Assembly: GCF_020745735.1 (NCBI RefSeq)
Contig: NC_083409.1
Span: forward strand, 14,479,873 to 14,543,872
From: Hemiscyllium ocellatum
Taxonomy: Eukaryota
DNA: 64,000 nucleotides
Reading direction: 5' to 3'
Shown here piece by piece: positions 60,917 to 64,000 of the stretch. Position 1 is the stretch's first letter. The number at the start of each line of letters is the position of its first letter. The notes below the pieces were generated by a model. The model was not told where the DNA came from. It did not search any database and saw nothing but the letters and a program-made list of their open reading frames with translations. Both the position numbers and the translations under genes were made by a program.

Positions 60917-61299
60917 AAAACACAAATATTGAATTGTTGAAGTATTGCAGTGAATGAAATGATTGATTGAGGAGCACTGTGTCTAACAGGGTGTCCAGCT
61001 GTATTTCTTTAGTTCCATTGGCCCCTTTAAGCAGCAAGACATAAGTCAGTAAGTTTTACTCACTGTGTGAAGGAGCTCTGTCCATTTGCAGCCTGTGGTC
61101 CCATTCCTGCAGCATGGAGTGAAATCAGTGAGTAGCCTCCTGCCAGTCTCAGTGTGACGGACGCGGGGCAGATTTTAATGTGAGCTCTGGCTCCCTGTCC
61201 CAGTCTCTGATCTCACTGACCTCAGCAGCAGCACAGTGAGACACCGAGCTCCCACCTCCCTCAGTTTTAACTCTGCTCAATCACACAATCACAGAATTG

Positions 61300-63900
61300 T
61301 TACAGTGCACAAGGAGGCCATTCCGCCCATCCTTTCTGGACCAGCTCTCTGAATGAGCAGTTCACTGAGTGTCATTCTCCTGCCTTCTCCCTGTCACCCT
61401 GCACATTGTTCCTTTTCAAATAATAGCCTCATTCCCATTGGAATGTTTCAATTGAAGCTGCCTCCACCACACTCTCAGGCAGTGCATTCCACACCTTAAC
61501 CACCCACTGGCTGAACATGTTGTTCCCCATCTCACTTGTGTTACTTTTCCCAATTACCTTCAATCTGTGGTCTCTCGGTCTCAATCATTTGTCAATTGGG
61601 AACATTTTCTCCCTATTTACTGTATCCAGGCCCCTCGTGGTTTTAATTCCTTGAACAAATCTCGTCTCAGCCTTCTCCAAAGAAGTCAGCCCAAATTCTC
61701 CAAACTATCTTCATAACTGATGTTCCTCACCCTTGGAATGATCGTTGGGAATATATTTTGCCATTTCTACAAAACTTCACCTGCTCCTTGAATGATTCAC
61801 ATTATCTATGTCCCTCATGGTTTTATAAACCTCTGTATTGTCACTCCTCAGACTCTTGCACTTCAGGTAAAAAAGTCTCAGCTTTTCCAGCCCCTCATAG
61901 TCATGGAGTCATACATCGTGGAAATAGACCCTTCAATCCAACTTGCCTGTGCTAATCAGATATCTTAAACAGACCTCATCCCATTTGCCAGTATTTGGCT
62001 TACATTCCTCGAAACCTTTCTTATCCATGCACCGATCCAAATGTGTTTTAACTGCTGTAATTGTATCTGCCTCCAACACTTCCTCTGGCAGCTCGATCCA
62101 GACATGCACCACCCTCTGTGTGGCAAGTTCCCCCTCAGGTCCCTTTTGAAACTTTTCCTTCTCACCTTAAACCTATGCCGTCTTGTTTTGGACTCCCTTT
62201 CCCAAGGAAAAGACCTTGGATATACACCCTGTCCATGCCCCTCATGATTTTATGCACATCTATAAGGTCACCCCTTGGACTTGGATGCTGCAGGGAAAAT
62301 AGGCCCAATTTCTTCAGCCTCTCCCATCAGCTCAAACCCTCCAGTTCCTGGTCACGTCCTTGTAATTCTTTTCCGCAGCTTTTTAAGTTTAGCACCATCC
62401 TTCCTTTCACAGGATGATCAGAATTGTTCACATTATTCCCAAAGCGGCCTCACCAATCTCCTATATAGCTGCAACATGATGTCCCAACTCCTATCCTCAA
62501 TGCAGTGACCAATACAGAAAAGCGTACCCAACACCTTCTTCATCACTGTCTACATGCGACTCTACTGTCAAAGAATAACACACCTGCACCTTCACTTTCG
62601 GTCTCTTTGTTCAGCAACACTCCGTAGGGCCCTACCATTAACCGTATTGTCACATTTATCTGAACTAAAGTCCATCTGCCATTTCTCAGCCCACTGGCCC
62701 AGTTGGTCAAGGTCCCATTGTACTCTGAGACAGCCTTCTTCACTGTCCACGATGCCACCTGAAAATTCACCTGAACAGACTCTCACAACTCTGGCCCCTC
62801 CCTGCCCATTACACTGTTATTACGCCAGTCTATATTCAGAAATTAATGAGCCCACCTCCCCATTGATAACGACCTTATCATATTTGCAGTTCTCTGTAAA
62901 TTCCTTGCTTTGTATTCCTCTACATCCTTCCCACTGGGTGGTGACTTATTGATTGCACTGAGGATTCTGTGGTCCTTGGTATTCCTCTCTGATATTCCCC
63001 CCTGGCTCCCACAGCACTGTGAAGTTAGCTTAAACCCTCTCCAACAGCACTAGTAGATCATCCCAGAGGAACTCAGTCCCAGGTCTGTTCAGGAGCAACC
63101 CCGTTTAGTCTGTGCAGGTCCCATCTCCCCCAGACCCAGTCCCAATGTCCCAAGAATCTAAAGCTCGCCTTCCTGGAACCCTCTTTCCTGCAATTCAGTC
63201 ACCTGTGTTATCCTCCTGTTCCTCTTTTCACTTGCATGGGGCACTGGGAATAATCCAGAGAATCCTACTTTTGAGTTCCTGTTGCTAATTCCCTCCTGAG
63301 TTCCCTAAATTCTGACTGCTGGACCATATCCCTTTTCTCCCTCTGTCAATGGGACTGATGTGGACCACGACTGCTGCCTGTTCCCCCTCTCCCCTCAGGG
63401 TGCTCTGCAGCCGCTCAGTGACACCCTTGACCCTGGCACCAGGGAGACAACACACCACCCTGGATTCCCATCTGCAGCTGCAGAAACACCAATTGATAGC
63501 CCTCACTCTCGAATCTCCTCTCACTATCGCTCTTTCAGTCTTCCATGTGCCCCTCTGTACAGCCGAACCCTCCCCGTGGTGCCAGGGACTTGGCTCTGGC
63601 TGCACTCCCCAGATGAACCATCATTCTCATCAGGATTCTGAACTGAATCCTGGTTGGACAGTGGGATGCACTCAGGGGATTCCTGTACTAGCTGCCTGGC
63701 CCTTTTGGACTGTCTACTGCTCCCCCATTCCCTCTCTCCCTGCATACTCTGAAGCTGCAGAGTGACCACATCTAGAAACGTGCTCTCCATGGAGCTCTCA
63801 GCCTCACGGACGCTCCACACTGACACCAGCTGCTGCTCAAGCTCCAGAACCCGGAGATCCAACTGCTGTCACTGACCACACTTCCTGTGCTCATGGTATT
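61300..63900 (-). mobile_element. CR1 fragments mirroring 29090-32260, plus one arm-specific CR1 tail near 61900-62230
   Basis: ORF 63524- is nearly identical to ORF 29128+; ORF 63285- CCLPGARVKGVTERLQ. Confidence 0.85.
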
Positions 63901-64000
63901 CCAGGAGCTGGGAAACATTTGGAAGTTCCCACATGGATGCACACTCTCTCCACTCTTTGGTTATCTCTTGGCAAAGTCCTGATAACAAACAGTTACAGCA

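Larger units (their letters stand above)
58030..64000 (+). repeat. Right outer arm of the inverted duplication, continuing past the window end
   Basis: The last bases (gcaaagtcctgataacaaacagttacagca) still match the reverse complement of about 28990-29020. Confidence 0.95.

Overview
Cartilaginous-fish (shark) genomic DNA, inferred from HE1 and Deu-type SINEs, CR1/L2/Penelope content and an NS4-type light chain; no prokaryotic systems. The core is an immunoglobulin kappa (shark type III/NS4) light-chain mini-locus. On the minus strand is one intact gene whose V and J are already fused with no RSS: leader 33264-33216, VJ 33029-32703, C 22088-21760, 234 aa when spliced. Facing it head-to-head on the plus strand is a V pseudogene (60382-60916) that has lost its J. 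The two are mirror-image arms of a large interrupted inverted duplication: about 29.0-47 kb versus 47-64 kb, centre near 45.8 kb, running off the right edge. A 5'-truncated C-exon/3'UTR remnant (5423-6190, +) faces the intact gene tail-to-tail, and an older inverted duplication pairs about 2.0-4.0 kb with 9.7-12.7 kb. The window opens with the 3' end of an apparently young env-bearing endogenous retrovirus (env tail, PPT, CpG-rich 533-bp LTR); an older retroviral gag-pol fossil lies at about 6.3-7.1 kb. Candidate cis-elements are a duplicated PU.1-IRF (EICE)+E-box module upstream of both V genes, a DR1/DR4/DR2 nuclear-receptor cluster in the J-C intron, and a CTCF/kB-like module downstream of C. 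Most of the rest is decayed CR1, L2, Penelope and SINE DNA. All identities are manual estimates, TE boundaries are approximate, and no database searches were run.
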